NCBI GenBank assembly: GCA_964537895.1
Contig: CAZIDK010000001.1
Span: forward strand, 134,198-198,197
Length of the DNA stretch: 64,000 nucleotides
Direction: 5' to 3'
Source: an uncultured Gammaproteobacteria bacterium
GTDB lineage: Bacteria > Patescibacteriota > Microgenomatia > Levybacterales > UBA12049
The position numbers and the translations under genes are program-made. Under the pieces are notes generated by a model. It was not told the DNA's origin. It made no database searches and worked only from the letters and a program-made list of their open reading frames with translations. This document shows positions 20,613-32,086 of this stretch, piece by piece (position 1 is the first letter of the stretch; the number at the start of each line of letters is the position of its first letter).

Positions 20613-21190
20613 CTAATCCGGCCTCTTATTATTAGCTTGCAAATCCCACTTTCTGATTTCTCCTTCTGTTAAAAAAGTTGGGGGAACGCCTACTCCATTA
20701 TTACGTAGAGTAAAGCCGTGCTGCCATGGAACACCGTTTTTCATACTGCTTTCACCTTTTATCGCAAAGAATATTTGACTTGATCCATTTTGTAACCTTA
20801 TATGAGAATCTCTGGTTTCTGCAGGAGATGATCTAACCTCCCTACCTTTCTTAAGACCATAAACTCTTCCTATAAAAGTCATCTCTACTCCATCTACGGT
20901 AAGAATGAGTCTTTCGCCCTTTTTTCCAGGCGCAACAGTTTCAATTCTCGCCGTTACCCTAGGAAGAGGCTGAACGGTTTCTGGTTTAAACTCTGGACGT
21001 TCAGGAGGAGTCAGAACAGGAATTGCGGATTGCGTGGGTTCATCAAGTAATCCTGTTCCGGACATTCCCGGACCTTTCACTTTTCCTTTTTTTCTTAGCG
21101 CCGGTAAAGAACCTTCCTCGCCGGAATAACGGATGCCCCTAAATTAGACGATTGCGGTCGTGGATGTACGCCTTCTTTGCCTTCACTCAT
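20613..21190 (-). pseudogene. Hypothetical gene, apparently frameshifted near 21143
   Basis: The ATG at 21190 has TGGTATAAT 6 nt upstream, but its frame stops after 31 codons; the long frame continuing into ORF 20613..21080 opens at about 21143. Confidence 0.45.
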
Positions 21191-21268
21191 ACAAGGATTA
21201 TACCATGCCATAGTGTCTAATCAAGTTATTCTGTTGAAAAAAACATTCAATTTCTATACGATGTAAAC

Positions 21269-22273
21269 ATGCTGCCTATTGATGTAATATGCGTTGGAGA
21301 CGCGAAATTAGATATCTTCCTCACAATTGATGAAAAAAACACACACGTTAAGCTTGATAGCAACACCCGTGAGTTGCGTTTTGGACATGGAGAAAAAATA
21401 GAAGTAAAAAAAATGAATTTATCTATTGGAGGAAATGCCGCAAATGTAGCGGTTGGCATTTCGAGGCTTGGGCTTAAAAGCTCCTTAGTTGCGGAACTAG
21501 GCAAAGATGAATTCTCGCAAAAAATTATAAATAACTTAACCGGAGAAAATGTCAGCTTGGAACTTGTTAAACAAATATCAAACGAGGATTCGTCCATAAC
21601 GGTTGCAATAAGTTATAAAGGCGATAGAACTCTTTTTACAGAACATGCCACCAGAAAACATGACTTTAATTTTGATAATTTAGAAACTAAATTTGTTTAC
21701 TTAACAAGCCTGGGGAAAGAATGGGAAAAAGCTTATGAGAAAACCCTTAATTTTGCAGAAAAAAATAATATCAAATTAATTTTTAATCCTGGGACTCTTC
21801 AGATTGAAAAAAGAAATCCAATTATTTGGTCTGCTATTTCCAAATCGGACATACTCTTTGTAAATAAAGAGGAGGCAGAAGAACTTCTTTACGGAAAAGA
21901 AATAAATTTACCCTCAAGTTCCGAAAACTATGTACAAAAACTCCTTTATGGATTAAAAAGCTTGGGAGCAAAAATTGTTGTGATAACCGACGGCAATACA
22001 GGCTCCTATGTAATGGATAAGGCTCACAACACTTACCGGCTGGGTATTATTCCCTGCGAAGTAGTTGAAAAAACAGGAGCAGGAGATGCATATACCTCGG
22101 GATTTATCTCTGCAATTCTTAACAGTGAAACTATGCAGGAAGCAATGCGCTGGGGAGCTTTTAATTCCACGGCCGTAATTGGAGAAATCGGAGCAGAAAA
22201 AGGATTATTAACCAAAGATGAAATGCTCGAAAAATTAAAATCTAACGAAGATTTTAAAGCAAAAGAAATATAG
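21269..22273 (+). CDS. PfkB family carbohydrate kinase
   Basis: GGNAANVAVG..RLG, FNPG, NKEEA and TGAGDAY motifs. Confidence 0.93.
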   Translation: MLPIDVICVGDAKLDIFLTIDEKNTHVKLDSNTRELRFGHGEKIEVKKMNLSIGGNAANVAVGISRLGLKSSLVAELGKDEFSQKIINNLTGENVSLELVKQISNEDSSITVAISYKGDRTLFTEHATRKHDFNFDNLETKFVYLTSLGKEWEKAYEKTLNFAEKNNIKLIFNPGTLQIEKRNPIIWSAISKSDILFVNKEEAEELLYGKEINLPSSSENYVQKLLYGLKSLGAKIVVITDGNTGSYVMDKAHNTYRLGIIPCEVVEKTGAGDAYTSGFISAILNSETMQEAMRWGAFNSTAVIGEIGAEKGLLTKDEMLEKLKSNEDFKAKEI

Positions 22274-22295
22274 AATTATCGCAAAAAATTCGTTT

Positions 22296-22631
22296 TTACC
22301 TGCGTAAGCTATGCACAAAAGTATTGGAAATAGATAAAATTATTCCAAAAATAAATGCCCACAAAAAGCCATCCACAATAAATCCGGGAACAAACTTGCT
22401 TACAAGAAGTATTAGTGTTGCGTTTATAACAAAAGTAAAAAGTCCCAAGGTAAGAATATTTATTGGAAGAGTAAGAATAAGAAGAACGGGTTTTAAAAAA
22501 GCGTTTATTATTCCTAAAACCAAAGCAACTGCTAAAGCCGAGGTAAAACTTGCAACATGAACTCCAGGCAATATATATGCAATACTAAAAACAACCATCG
22601 CGCTGATTATCCAACTTATGAGTATTCCCAT
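22296..22631 (-). CDS. 4-TM 'phage holin family' (YvlD-like) membrane protein
   Basis: N.F.KP.L..LTLP..ILTLGLF.F.INA motif. Confidence 0.88.
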   Translation of the reverse strand: MGILISWIISAMVVFSIAYILPGVHVASFTSALAVALVLGIINAFLKPVLLILTLPINILTLGLFTFVINATLILLVSKFVPGFIVDGFLWAFIFGIILSISNTFVHSLRR

Positions 22632-22647
22632 AACTCTATTATATAGC

Positions 22648-23175
22648 TTAGGATAGTTTACGCAAGGTATCTTTTACGCTTTTTAATATTGGGTGTTTTA
22701 CCGCAAGCAGTACTTCGTCTATGAGCTGAATTCTGGAAAGAGCGCCAAATGTTTCAACTGCTGTCGGATTAATCCTTGCGCTATAAAGTCTGTTTAAAAT
22801 ATCATCCGAAAGCGCGGCCGGCCTTCTACCCGGAGCAAAAGCATATGCCAGCGAATCCAATTCCGGATCATAAAAAATAGCCGATGCTCCGGCAGGACTT
22901 ACGGAAGAATGACCCAAATCAAACCTTCTTCCTGTTAATTTAAAATAATCCCTAACAATAGGCAAAACTCTCTCTGTTGTAAAACGTAAATTTTCTTTCG
23001 CGCCCTCCAAAGGGCTTTCATTGTGCTCTTGTAAAGGATTATGCTCTTCGGTTGTGCCGTTGACATGATCATTAATCAGGCCTCTTCTGAATTGACTTAG
23101 TTCAAAAATTGCCTTTTTTGCCTGCATTTTAGCATGTGCTTCAAATGTTAACGCCTGAACAGCTTCTCTTTCCAT
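22648..23175 (-). CDS. Hypothetical protein
   Basis: Long ORF; start taken at MEREAV. Confidence 0.6.
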   Translation of the reverse strand: MEREAVQALTFEAHAKMQAKKAIFELSQFRRGLINDHVNGTTEEHNPLQEHNESPLEGAKENLRFTTERVLPIVRDYFKLTGRRFDLGHSSVSPAGASAIFYDPELDSLAYAFAPGRRPAALSDDILNRLYSARINPTAVETFGALSRIQLIDEVLLAVKHPILKSVKDTLRKLS

Positions 23176-23341
23176 ATAGTACAGAATAATATCATAATAA
23201 CGCTTATTTATCAACTATAGGTTGCGTCGATGTCCTCCTCTATTTCAGATTAAACCGTGACACTAGAAGCAGTTAGCTGAGATTGTTCCTATATGATTAA
23301 TCTGCGATAAATGATAAAATATATTCAAGAAAGGTTAATTT

Positions 23342-23425
23342 ATGGCAAAATCTAAAAGAAAAACATTAGGCAAAGGTCAGTTTGCAAAAAGGAAAAGAGG
23401 ACTAAGACACGGAACTCCAAGGTAA
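23342..23425 (+). CDS. Small basic 27-aa protein (MAKSKRKTLGKGQFAKRKRGLRHGTPR)
   Basis: ORF read manually; AAGG SD-like sequence (AAGAAAGGTTAATTT) precedes the ATG. Confidence 0.5.
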   Translation: MAKSKRKTLGKGQFAKRKRGLRHGTPR

Positions 23426-23473
23426 TTTACCAAGCTAATGCTTGGGGGTTCAAGCTTATGTTATAATTCCGTC

Positions 23474-23821
23474 ATGAGTTTTCCGGAAAGACCTTCAGGG
23501 AATCCTGATGGGCATCCGATAATGCCGGTTGTAAGTGAACGTATTCCAATGGGCGGAATAAAGCCCGATATGGTTGGTCCGGACAATACTGTTAGGGAGG
23601 GTAACTTCAATGATAAAAGAACTTTAATATTAGAAGAGCTTAGTAAACGTCCGTGGTTCCGAGCCTTAGCTGAAGATGTTCAAGCAAATAGAAAAAGCGC
23701 AATCTTGGTCACTTTTGTCGGAGGGGTAATGATAATTGCTGTTGCGGCGGCAGGATATGAGTTTGGCATACGTCATGGACGCGATATTCGACAACTTTTT
23801 CCACAAAGAAAGAAAAAGTAG
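23474..23821 (+). CDS. Hypothetical protein with a C-terminal TM helix
   Basis: TGTTATAAT 6 nt before the ATG at 23474; TM segment near the C-terminus. Confidence 0.65.
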   Translation: MSFPERPSGNPDGHPIMPVVSERIPMGGIKPDMVGPDNTVREGNFNDKRTLILEELSKRPWFRALAEDVQANRKSAILVTFVGGVMIIAVAAAGYEFGIRHGRDIRQLFPQRKKK

Positions 23822-23836
23822 TATAATGCAACTAAC

Positions 23837-24298
23837 ATGAAGGTTAAGGATGTATTCCAAAAAAAAGTTGGCTACATTACTCCCGATGCTACCCTTTCCG
23901 AAGCTGCGCGATTTATCTTTGGGCATGATTATAAAGGACTGCCTGTTGTAAAAGGCAAAAGAAAAAAGCTTGTTGGTTTTATTACGGACCAGGATATTAC
24001 TTCTCAATTATTTCCTAGCATTCAGGAGTTAATGGAAGATTATGTGCATGAAAAGGATTTTGAAGCAATGGAAAAAAGAGTAAAAAGCGTTTTAGTTAAA
24101 AAAGTAAAAGACGTAATGAGCAAAAAAGTTATATCAATTCATATAGATGAACCTCTTTTGAAAGCCGAATCAATAATGAAGCTAAAAGATATTAGACGTC
24201 TCCCAGTTGTAGATGACAAAGGCAACCTAATCGGGATTATTTCTAAAGGAGACATTTTTAGAGCGTTAGTAAGCCCCAAAATTAGAGGTTTTAAGTAA
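23837..24298 (+). CDS. CBS domain pair protein
   Basis: LPVV...LVGFIT.D and IRRLPVVD...LIGIIS.GD motifs. Confidence 0.92.
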   Translation: MKVKDVFQKKVGYITPDATLSEAARFIFGHDYKGLPVVKGKRKKLVGFITDQDITSQLFPSIQELMEDYVHEKDFEAMEKRVKSVLVKKVKDVMSKKVISIHIDEPLLKAESIMKLKDIRRLPVVDDKGNLIGIISKGDIFRALVSPKIRGFK

Positions 24299-24402
24299 AT
24301 TTTTGATCATTTGGGAAATTCAATGGTGCCCCGAAGCATCTTCTGCTTTAACTTTTAGAAGGAACTGATGAATTAAGCTAATCTTCGGAAGATTTGACTA
24401 CG

Positions 24403-25374
24403 CTAATTTAGATATTTTTCAATATTTTCCAGATGCTCTTCGTATGTAACCGAACAATGAATCTGGCCATGAGAATCATGTAAATAATATATACAGTCCG
24501 TTTCCTCGGGATTTAAGGCTGCTTTTATAGCATCTATTCCGGGGTTGGAAATAGGATGAGGAGGAAGTCCGGCATTTTTATAACTGTTGTAAGGAGAATC
24601 TATTTCTTTTATGTCGGATGGCGTAACAATCGGCCACCATACGCCGTTTGTTTTACCTTTTGCATACTGGATAGTAGCATCGGCTTGCAGTTTTTGACCA
24701 ATAAGAAGCCTGTTCCATAGGATACCAGCGATAATAGGCATGTCTGAAGGCCCCCCTGCCTCTCTTTGGACAATGGAAGCTAATTTGAGCCCCGTCGTCC
24801 ATTTAATATTTTTCCTTGCAAACCCATCAAGATAAGGTGCTAATTTTTCGTTGAAATGATTAATCATCCTGTTTGCAATTTCTAAGCCGTTTTCTTTAAC
24901 CGGAATAAGATAGGTATCCGGAAAATAAACTCCTTCCATATAATCGTATTTCATTGCTGTATAGGTATTGTTCCATTTCTCCAATTCTTCATCGCTCCAG
25001 CCAAAAGTTAATTTAAGATTTTCCCCTATTTGTTCTTTCCGCATTCCCTCAAGCACGGTTATCCATTTTAAATCGGGGCCCTTGGTTATTTTGTCGATAA
25101 CTGTCCAGGTGTCCATATTTTTTGAAAGATAATATCCGCCCGGCTGTACTTTACCATGCTTTCCTTTTAAGTTTAAGGCAATTTCAAACGCAATCATGGA
25201 TTTAACGAAACCCTTTTCGGAAAGTGTTAAGCCTGCAACATCGTCTCTGTCGGTATCCAAAGTTACGATTTCTATTTTGCTTTCGGATTTGGGCGCGCTG
25301 AAGGGATTAAGGAAAAAATAGGCGGAAGCGATAGAAAGCAAGAGAACAAAAAATAGTACTGTAATTTTTTTCAT
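24403..25374 (-). CDS. mltG: Endolytic transglycosylase MltG
   Basis: EG.R, EGVYFPDTY, LASIVQRE, NRL..G.KLQADAT and SPYNSYK..GLPP.PISNPG motifs. Confidence 0.95.
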   Translation of the reverse strand: MKKITVLFFVLLLSIASAYFFLNPFSAPKSESKIEIVTLDTDRDDVAGLTLSEKGFVKSMIAFEIALNLKGKHGKVQPGGYYLSKNMDTWTVIDKITKGPDLKWITVLEGMRKEQIGENLKLTFGWSDEELEKWNNTYTAMKYDYMEGVYFPDTYLIPVKENGLEIANRMINHFNEKLAPYLDGFARKNIKWTTGLKLASIVQREAGGPSDMPIIAGILWNRLLIGQKLQADATIQYAKGKTNGVWWPIVTPSDIKEIDSPYNSYKNAGLPPHPISNPGIDAIKAALNPEETDCIYYLHDSHGQIHCSVTYEEHLENIEKYLN

Positions 25375-25470
25375 GAGGCAATTATACCAGAAGAAAAGCT
25401 GATGCTCCGCGCAATGCCTGCCCGTCTTTGGAGGGGACGATGTTAGAACCTATTATACTAACTAATTTTT

Positions 25471-26124
25471 TTATACTTCTTGTTTAGAAACTTGGTTAAT
25501 ATATTTTGTAATTGTCTTATCTGTTATTTCTTCCAGAGGAATTGCTGTTTGATTTTGTAATTGTTTTTCTAAATCTAACGCCCTTTTTCTTCTTAACTCT
25601 ACTTCCTCGATATCTGAGAGCTGATGATCTCTTCCTCTGTATCTTTTGATAATCTCATCAAAGCGTTCATTTATTTTAACTACTGCAAAGGGAGCACATC
25701 TAAGATCTGCATATGTAACAATTTTTAGATTAAAGTTAGCTGATACAAGGACTTCTTGTAATCTTGAACTTCCCGTATGGGTAAGGACTTCATAAACATC
25801 TTCTGTGTTTTTTAATTCTTTTACCATTTTGTATGTTGCAAGATGTTCATCGTTATTATATTTACTTTTATAAATTTGCTGTTGTGTTTCCCAAAATTTA
25901 ATCTTTTTCTTTTCTTCAATAGTTAGGAAATTATTTGCTAAATCAAATTTAATAATATTTCCTATATCGTGAAGTAATAATGATTTAATAATTAGAGCCT
26001 TATCTACTTTATTAGGATTTTTAAAGTTATCCGAAAGATAGACTCCTAAAGCAGCCGCTCTTATTTGGTGTTGCTGCAGAAGTTGAGGAACTGGATATTT
26101 TTTATATATTGATGTTATTATCAC
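25471..26124 (-). CDS. HD-domain protein
   Basis: H...LLHDIGN...H...YAD metal-binding pattern. Confidence 0.8.
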   Translation of the reverse strand: MIITSIYKKYPVPQLLQQHQIRAAALGVYLSDNFKNPNKVDKALIIKSLLLHDIGNIIKFDLANNFLTIEEKKKIKFWETQQQIYKSKYNNDEHLATYKMVKELKNTEDVYEVLTHTGSSRLQEVLVSANFNLKIVTYADLRCAPFAVVKINERFDEIIKRYRGRDHQLSDIEEVELRRKRALDLEKQLQNQTAIPLEEITDKTITKYINQVSKQEV

Positions 26125-26254
26125 ATCATAATTATATCAGAAGAATAATTGAGGCTAAAACCGAACCCGCCTAAAGACTCTAGCTTTACTTGATATTTAA
26201 TGGTAAAATCAACTACATTCCGCCGCAGTCAAACGCGGCTGGGAAGTTAGACAT

Positions 26255-26510
26255 TCCGCGGTAGCTCAACGGTAGAGCAGGAAACTGTAAAATAATGCAG
26301 CCCTCAATGGAAATGTTGAGGAGAAAAACTGGGCTAATTCGGGGAAACCCCTAGGGGCAATCCCGAGCTAAATCTCGCAAGAGTAAATGTGTAGAGACTA
26401 TATACCCAGGACCTAACTCGCAAGATATGGTCAAGAGATAGTCCACGCTTCGATGAAAGTCGGGGATAAGTGTAATTTCAAGGTTCTAGGTTCGAATCCT
26501 AGCCGCGGAG
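26255..26510 (+). tRNA. tRNA-Asn(GTT), intron-containing; exons 26255-26288 and 26473-26510
   Basis: Acceptor TCCGCGG/CCGCGGA with G73; D-arm GCTC-AACGGTA-GAGC; T-arm CTAGG-TTCGAAT-CCTAG; spliced anticodon arm GAAA-CTGTTAA-TTTC; no encoded CCA. Confidence 0.9.
26289..26472 (+). ncRNA. Group I intron (184 nt, no ORF) in the tRNA anticodon
   Basis: Exon ends in U and intron ends in G; P1 CUGU/GCAG with a U.G pair; P/Q-like AATTCGGGGAA and AATCCCGAGCT; P7 GACTA/TAGTC within AGAGACTATA and AAGAGATAGTCC. Confidence 0.9.
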
Positions 26511-26514
26511 CAGA

Positions 26515-27597
26515 TTAGCCGAGGTAGTCTTTAAGTTTATTGCCGCGGGATGGATGCCTTAATTTCCTCAAGGATTTTGCTTCGATTTGTCTTATTCTTT
26601 CTCTTGTTACCGCAAACATTTTTCCAACCTCTTCCAGCGTTTTTGGCCGTCCGTCTTTTAAGCCAAATCTTTCTTCCAAAACTCTTTTTTCTCTGTCAGA
26701 AAGAGTTGATAAGACCTGTTCTACCTGCTCTTTTAAAAGTTCCCTACTTGCCGTGTCAAAAAGAGTCGGAGCCGCAGTATCGTGAATAAAATCACCTAAG
26801 CGCGAATCTTCTTCGTCTCCAACAGGCGATTCTAAACTTGCCGGCTCCTGGGAAATTTTAATTATCTCCAACGCTTTTTCAGGGTCAATATCCAAAGCTT
26901 TGGCAACTTCTTCAGGCGTTGGCTCTCTTCCTAACTCCTGCATCAATTTTCTTGATGCTCTTAGAAATCTATTGATATTTTCAACCATATGAACAGGAAT
27001 CCTGATGGTCCTTGCCTGGTCAGCAATGGCGCGTGTTATGGATTGCCTAATCCACCAAGTCGCATAAGTTGAAAACTTATAACCCCTTCTCCAATCGTAT
27101 TTTTCAACTGCTCTTATTAAACCCTGATTTCCCTCCTGGATTAAATCTAAAAGCGTTAACCCACGACCGACATATTTTTTAGCAATAGACACAACTAATC
27201 TTAAATTTGAATTTACAAGAATTTTCTTTGCTTCGTGGTCTGCTTTTTCAACTCTTTTTGCCAAAGAGATTTCTTGGTCAAAGGTTAAAAGAGGAATTCT
27301 GCCGATTTCTTTAAGATACATTCTTACCGGGTCGGAGACTGTGCCTTCAGTTAAAACAGTTAATGCTTCCAGTTCTTTTTCCAAATCTTCTATCGGCTTC
27401 TCATTGCTCTGATCGGCTGCAACGGACTCAAAAACATCAATATCCGAATGCATTAATTTATCGTAAAGCTGATCAAGCTCAACAATGTGCTCTTCCGGAT
27501 GGGGAAAAATAGATAAAATTTCGTCTTGGGTGATATACCCGCGTTTTTTAGCAGACATAACGATATCTAATAAAATATTTGGCTGTTTTTGTTTCAT
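26515..27597 (-). CDS. rpoD: RNA polymerase primary sigma factor
   Basis: [35 protein letters not shown] and [11 protein letters not shown] motifs. Confidence 0.98.
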   Translation of the reverse strand: MKQKQPNILLDIVMSAKKRGYITQDEILSIFPHPEEHIVELDQLYDKLMHSDIDVFESVAADQSNEKPIEDLEKELEALTVLTEGTVSDPVRMYLKEIGRIPLLTFDQEISLAKRVEKADHEAKKILVNSNLRLVVSIAKKYVGRGLTLLDLIQEGNQGLIRAVEKYDWRRGYKFSTYATWWIRQSITRAIADQARTIRIPVHMVENINRFLRASRKLMQELGREPTPEEVAKALDIDPEKALEIIKISQEPASLESPVGDEEDSRLGDFIHDTAAPTLFDTASRELLKEQVEQVLSTLSDREKRVLEERFGLKDGRPKTLEEVGKMFAVTRERIRQIEAKSLRKLRHPSRGNKLKDYLG

Positions 27598-27650
27598 AGC
27601 AGTCGGCTCTTCTATTTTAACACGAAATGCGGATAAAATAAACCTAGAGT

Positions 27651-29330
27651 TTAATCTTTGGAGACAGATTTCTTTTTCTCTCTTGCGTTAACCTCGGAAA
27701 GCTCGTCTGCCACCTTTACCAGGTCTTCAAAATATTTTTCCTCATTGTTAAACGCCGGCAAAGGTAAAAGATAGCAGCTGTCAAAAGATTTAAGCAGTTC
27801 TGCTGGAAGTCCTTTTGATATTTTTTTGCTGTCAATTTTGGTTTCATTTTTTATGGCTGCGGTCATAAAATCCATAATTTTCTGATATGAGGGTATTTCA
27901 AACTTATAATCCTCGAGAATTTTATTGGCTTTTTCCAAAGCCAGATTTAGGTCCTCACTTTGAACAATAAGCGCTATCAAGTATTCCTCTAAAATCTCGC
28001 GCCTTTTTCGCTTATCAGAAGTTCCAACCGCAACTTTTTCCGATTTTTTCCCGCTTTGATATTTATCTATTTCCTTAGTGATGCTTTCTATAGAAGTATC
28101 TATCTCCTTACTTAATTTTTTAACATAATGTTCTCTTACTACTTCGTTTTCAACTGCGGAAAGAAGAGGTTTCATTTCTTCTACTATCCTCCCTTTCCCC
28201 TGAGATGATGTTTTATCGTAAAGTGACAAAAATTTATCAATTAAAAAATCATAGACTCCAATATCCTCTTTTAACGCTTTTTTAAACGCGCCGGCGTTTT
28301 TTTTAATCGCTTCGTCCGGGTCTTTTCCGTTTGGCACAACAACGATTGTCGTTGTTAAACTTTTTTTTTCAATTATCGGCATGCTTCTTTTTATGGCCTC
28401 AAAACCGGCTTCGTCCATATCAAGACAAAGAGTAATTTTAGGAGTAAAACGAGACAAAAGCGCAACTTGATTTTCGGTTAATGCCGTTCCTTTTATGGCA
28501 ATCGTATTCCTTATTCCCTCTTTAAAACAAGCAATAACGTCAAATTCCCCTTCAACCAAAATTGCCTGCTGTTGTTTTTTTATTTCGTCCTTTGCATTAT
28601 CCAGCCCAAAAAAAAGACTCCCCTTATGATAAACGCTTGTCTCCTTTGTGTTGATATATTTCGGACTATCGGAATTTTCATCTAATATCCTGGCTGAAAA
28701 CCCAACTATATTTCCTCTATGATCCGACAAGGAGAACATTAGTCTTCCTCTAAAAAAATCGACTGTTCTCCCGCCGTTTTCAAAAGCAAGTCCCGCAAGA
28801 TACAAATCCTGTTTTTTGTATCCCTTTTTGTTCATTAAGTAGTTTGACAATGCGGTTCCGGAAGGAGGGGAAGAACCAAGAGAAAAAGTCTCGATTAGTT
28901 TTTCCGACAATCCCCTTTTTTCCTTTAAATAAAAAAGGGCTTTTTTACCAAGATTATGTTTTAGTAAAACGTATTGATAAAATTTTAAGGCTTGCTTGTT
29001 AAGCGAATAAATTTTTTCTTTTTCCGATTGGGCCTGGTTGTCGTAACTAAAACTTTTAAGCTCGACACCTGCCTTTTTTGCCAAAACCCTTAAGGCTTCG
29101 GGAAACTCCATGTTTTCGTATTGCATTAAAAATGAGAATGCGTCTCCGCCTTTTTGGCAGCCGAAACAATGCCAAATTTGCCGTTCCGGAGAAACCATAA
29201 ACGAAGGGGATTTTTCATTGTGGAATGGACAGTTTGCCTTAAAATTCCTGCCTGCTTTTTTTAATGGCAAATATTCGGAAATAAACGAAACTATATCTAT
29301 TTTTTCTCTGACGTCTGAAGCTTGATCCAT
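27651..29330 (-). CDS. dnaG: DNA primase
   Basis: CPFH..K.PSF...CFGC zinc finger, PKYIN, Toprim VEGEFDV and D.DEAG motifs. Confidence 0.98.
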   Translation of the reverse strand: MDQASDVREKIDIVSFISEYLPLKKAGRNFKANCPFHNEKSPSFMVSPERQIWHCFGCQKGGDAFSFLMQYENMEFPEALRVLAKKAGVELKSFSYDNQAQSEKEKIYSLNKQALKFYQYVLLKHNLGKKALFYLKEKRGLSEKLIETFSLGSSPPSGTALSNYLMNKKGYKKQDLYLAGLAFENGGRTVDFFRGRLMFSLSDHRGNIVGFSARILDENSDSPKYINTKETSVYHKGSLFFGLDNAKDEIKKQQQAILVEGEFDVIACFKEGIRNTIAIKGTALTENQVALLSRFTPKITLCLDMDEAGFEAIKRSMPIIEKKSLTTTIVVVPNGKDPDEAIKKNAGAFKKALKEDIGVYDFLIDKFLSLYDKTSSQGKGRIVEEMKPLLSAVENEVVREHYVKKLSKEIDTSIESITKEIDKYQSGKKSEKVAVGTSDKRKRREILEEYLIALIVQSEDLNLALEKANKILEDYKFEIPSYQKIMDFMTAAIKNETKIDSKKISKGLPAELLKSFDSCYLLPLPAFNNEEKYFEDLVKVADELSEVNAREKKKSVSKD

Positions 29331-29397
29331 TTCGTGTATTGTACCACGAGTCCCACATTTTTGAAATGTGAGGGGTTGCTTTTACTAATGATATTAG

Positions 29398-30687
<1,290 letters not shown>

Positions 30688-30699
30688 ATCATTATCTCT

Positions 30700-32043
30700 A
30701 TGAAAAATAATTTATTAGCCATTAATCCTTTGGACGGAAGATATATCGATAAAATTTCGGAGCTTTCCGAATTTGTTTCAGAATATGCCTTAATAAAATA
30801 TCGAGTCGAAGTCGAAATAAGATACCTCATTGCACTGTCCGAATTAGGAATTGTAAGGAGTTTAAACAAAGGAGAAAAAGATTTTCTCCTTTCAATTTAT
30901 TTCAAATTTAATATCAATGACGCAGAAAAAATAAAAAAGATCGAACAAGAAACTAGACACGATGTAAAAGCCGTTGAAAAATATTTAAGGCATGCGTTTG
31001 CAAAAAATTCTTTAAAAGATATTTCGGAAATGATTCATTTCGGGCTTACTTCCGAAGATATTAATAATATTGCCTACCGTTTAATGCTAAAAAACGCGAT
31101 TGAGAAAATTATTCTGCCGACAGTCTCCGAAATTCTAAAAGATTTGAACAAAAAAGCAAAAGAATATAAAAAAGTTGTAATTTTAGGCAGAACTCACGGA
31201 CAGAAAGCCGTTCCCACAACTTTTGGTAAAGAATTTGCTGTTTTTGCAACCAGGCTCGAGAAAGAAATAAAACTTTTAGAAAAACAAAAACTAACCGGAA
31301 AATTAAATGGAGCCGTTGGCAACTACAATGCCTTAGATTTCGCTTACCCGGAATTTGACTGGATTAAATTGTCCAAAAACTTTATTTCGTCTTTTAACTT
31401 AGAACCGAACCTAATTACAACCCAGATTAATGCTTTTGAAGATATAATTTCACTTTTTCAAAACTTGCAAAGAATAAACGGAATTTTATTGGATTTTGAC
31501 CAGGATCTGTGGCGCTATATTAGCGACGGATGGATAAAATTGGCTGTAAAAGGAAAAGAGGTCGGCTCTTCCACAATGCCGCAAAAAGTCAACCCGATTG
31601 ATTTTGAAAATTCCGAAGGCAATTTAACTCTGGCAAACGGCTTGATGCAGACAATTAATGATAAATTATATATATCGCGTTTGCAGCGGGATTTATCAAA
31701 CAGCACGATTATTAGAAATTTAGGAACAGTTTTGGGCTATTGTCTTTTGGGATATAAAAGCGCCTTAGCCGGACTTTCAAGGATTGATGTAAATTTAGAA
31801 CAAATTGAAAAAGACCTTGAAGAGGATTGGTCTGTTCTTTCCGAAGGTTTACAGACATATCTTCGTAAAGAGGGCTTTAATGATTCTTATGTTTTCGTAG
31901 CTAAAGCCACAAAAGGAAAAAAATTAGACAAAGAATCCTGGCAAAAACTTATAAACGATCTCCCGATAGGACAAAAAAATAAAGAGGACTTGCTGAAACT
32001 TACTCCCAAAACCTACATAGGCCTTGCGGAAAAATTAGTTTAA
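30700..32043 (+). CDS. purB: Adenylosuccinate lyase
   Basis: PLDGRY, HDVKAVE, HFGLTSEDIN, RTHGQ and GSSTMPQKVNP motifs. Confidence 0.98.
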   Translation: MKNNLLAINPLDGRYIDKISELSEFVSEYALIKYRVEVEIRYLIALSELGIVRSLNKGEKDFLLSIYFKFNINDAEKIKKIEQETRHDVKAVEKYLRHAFAKNSLKDISEMIHFGLTSEDINNIAYRLMLKNAIEKIILPTVSEILKDLNKKAKEYKKVVILGRTHGQKAVPTTFGKEFAVFATRLEKEIKLLEKQKLTGKLNGAVGNYNALDFAYPEFDWIKLSKNFISSFNLEPNLITTQINAFEDIISLFQNLQRINGILLDFDQDLWRYISDGWIKLAVKGKEVGSSTMPQKVNPIDFENSEGNLTLANGLMQTINDKLYISRLQRDLSNSTIIRNLGTVLGYCLLGYKSALAGLSRIDVNLEQIEKDLEEDWSVLSEGLQTYLRKEGFNDSYVFVAKATKGKKLDKESWQKLINDLPIGQKNKEDLLKLTPKTYIGLAEKLV

Positions 32044-32086
32044 GGCAGTTATTGAACAACTTTTACCTTTCTGTTAGTCTAGTTTT

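Noticed and set aside
22296-22631. Holin as evidence of a prophage
   Set aside because: This 4-TM family is common in chromosomes, and there are no phage genes nearby.
24320-24400. Small hairpins (AATCTTCGGAAGATT) between the CBS gene and mltG
   Set aside because: Too short to distinguish from chance or a weak terminator.
26255-26510. tRNA-Tyr(GTA) or tRNA-Thr(TGT) readings
   Set aside because: The unspliced CTGTAAA has no adjacent 3' half. The Thr junction lacks the P1 U.G geometry, and U1-A72 with G73 fits Asn.
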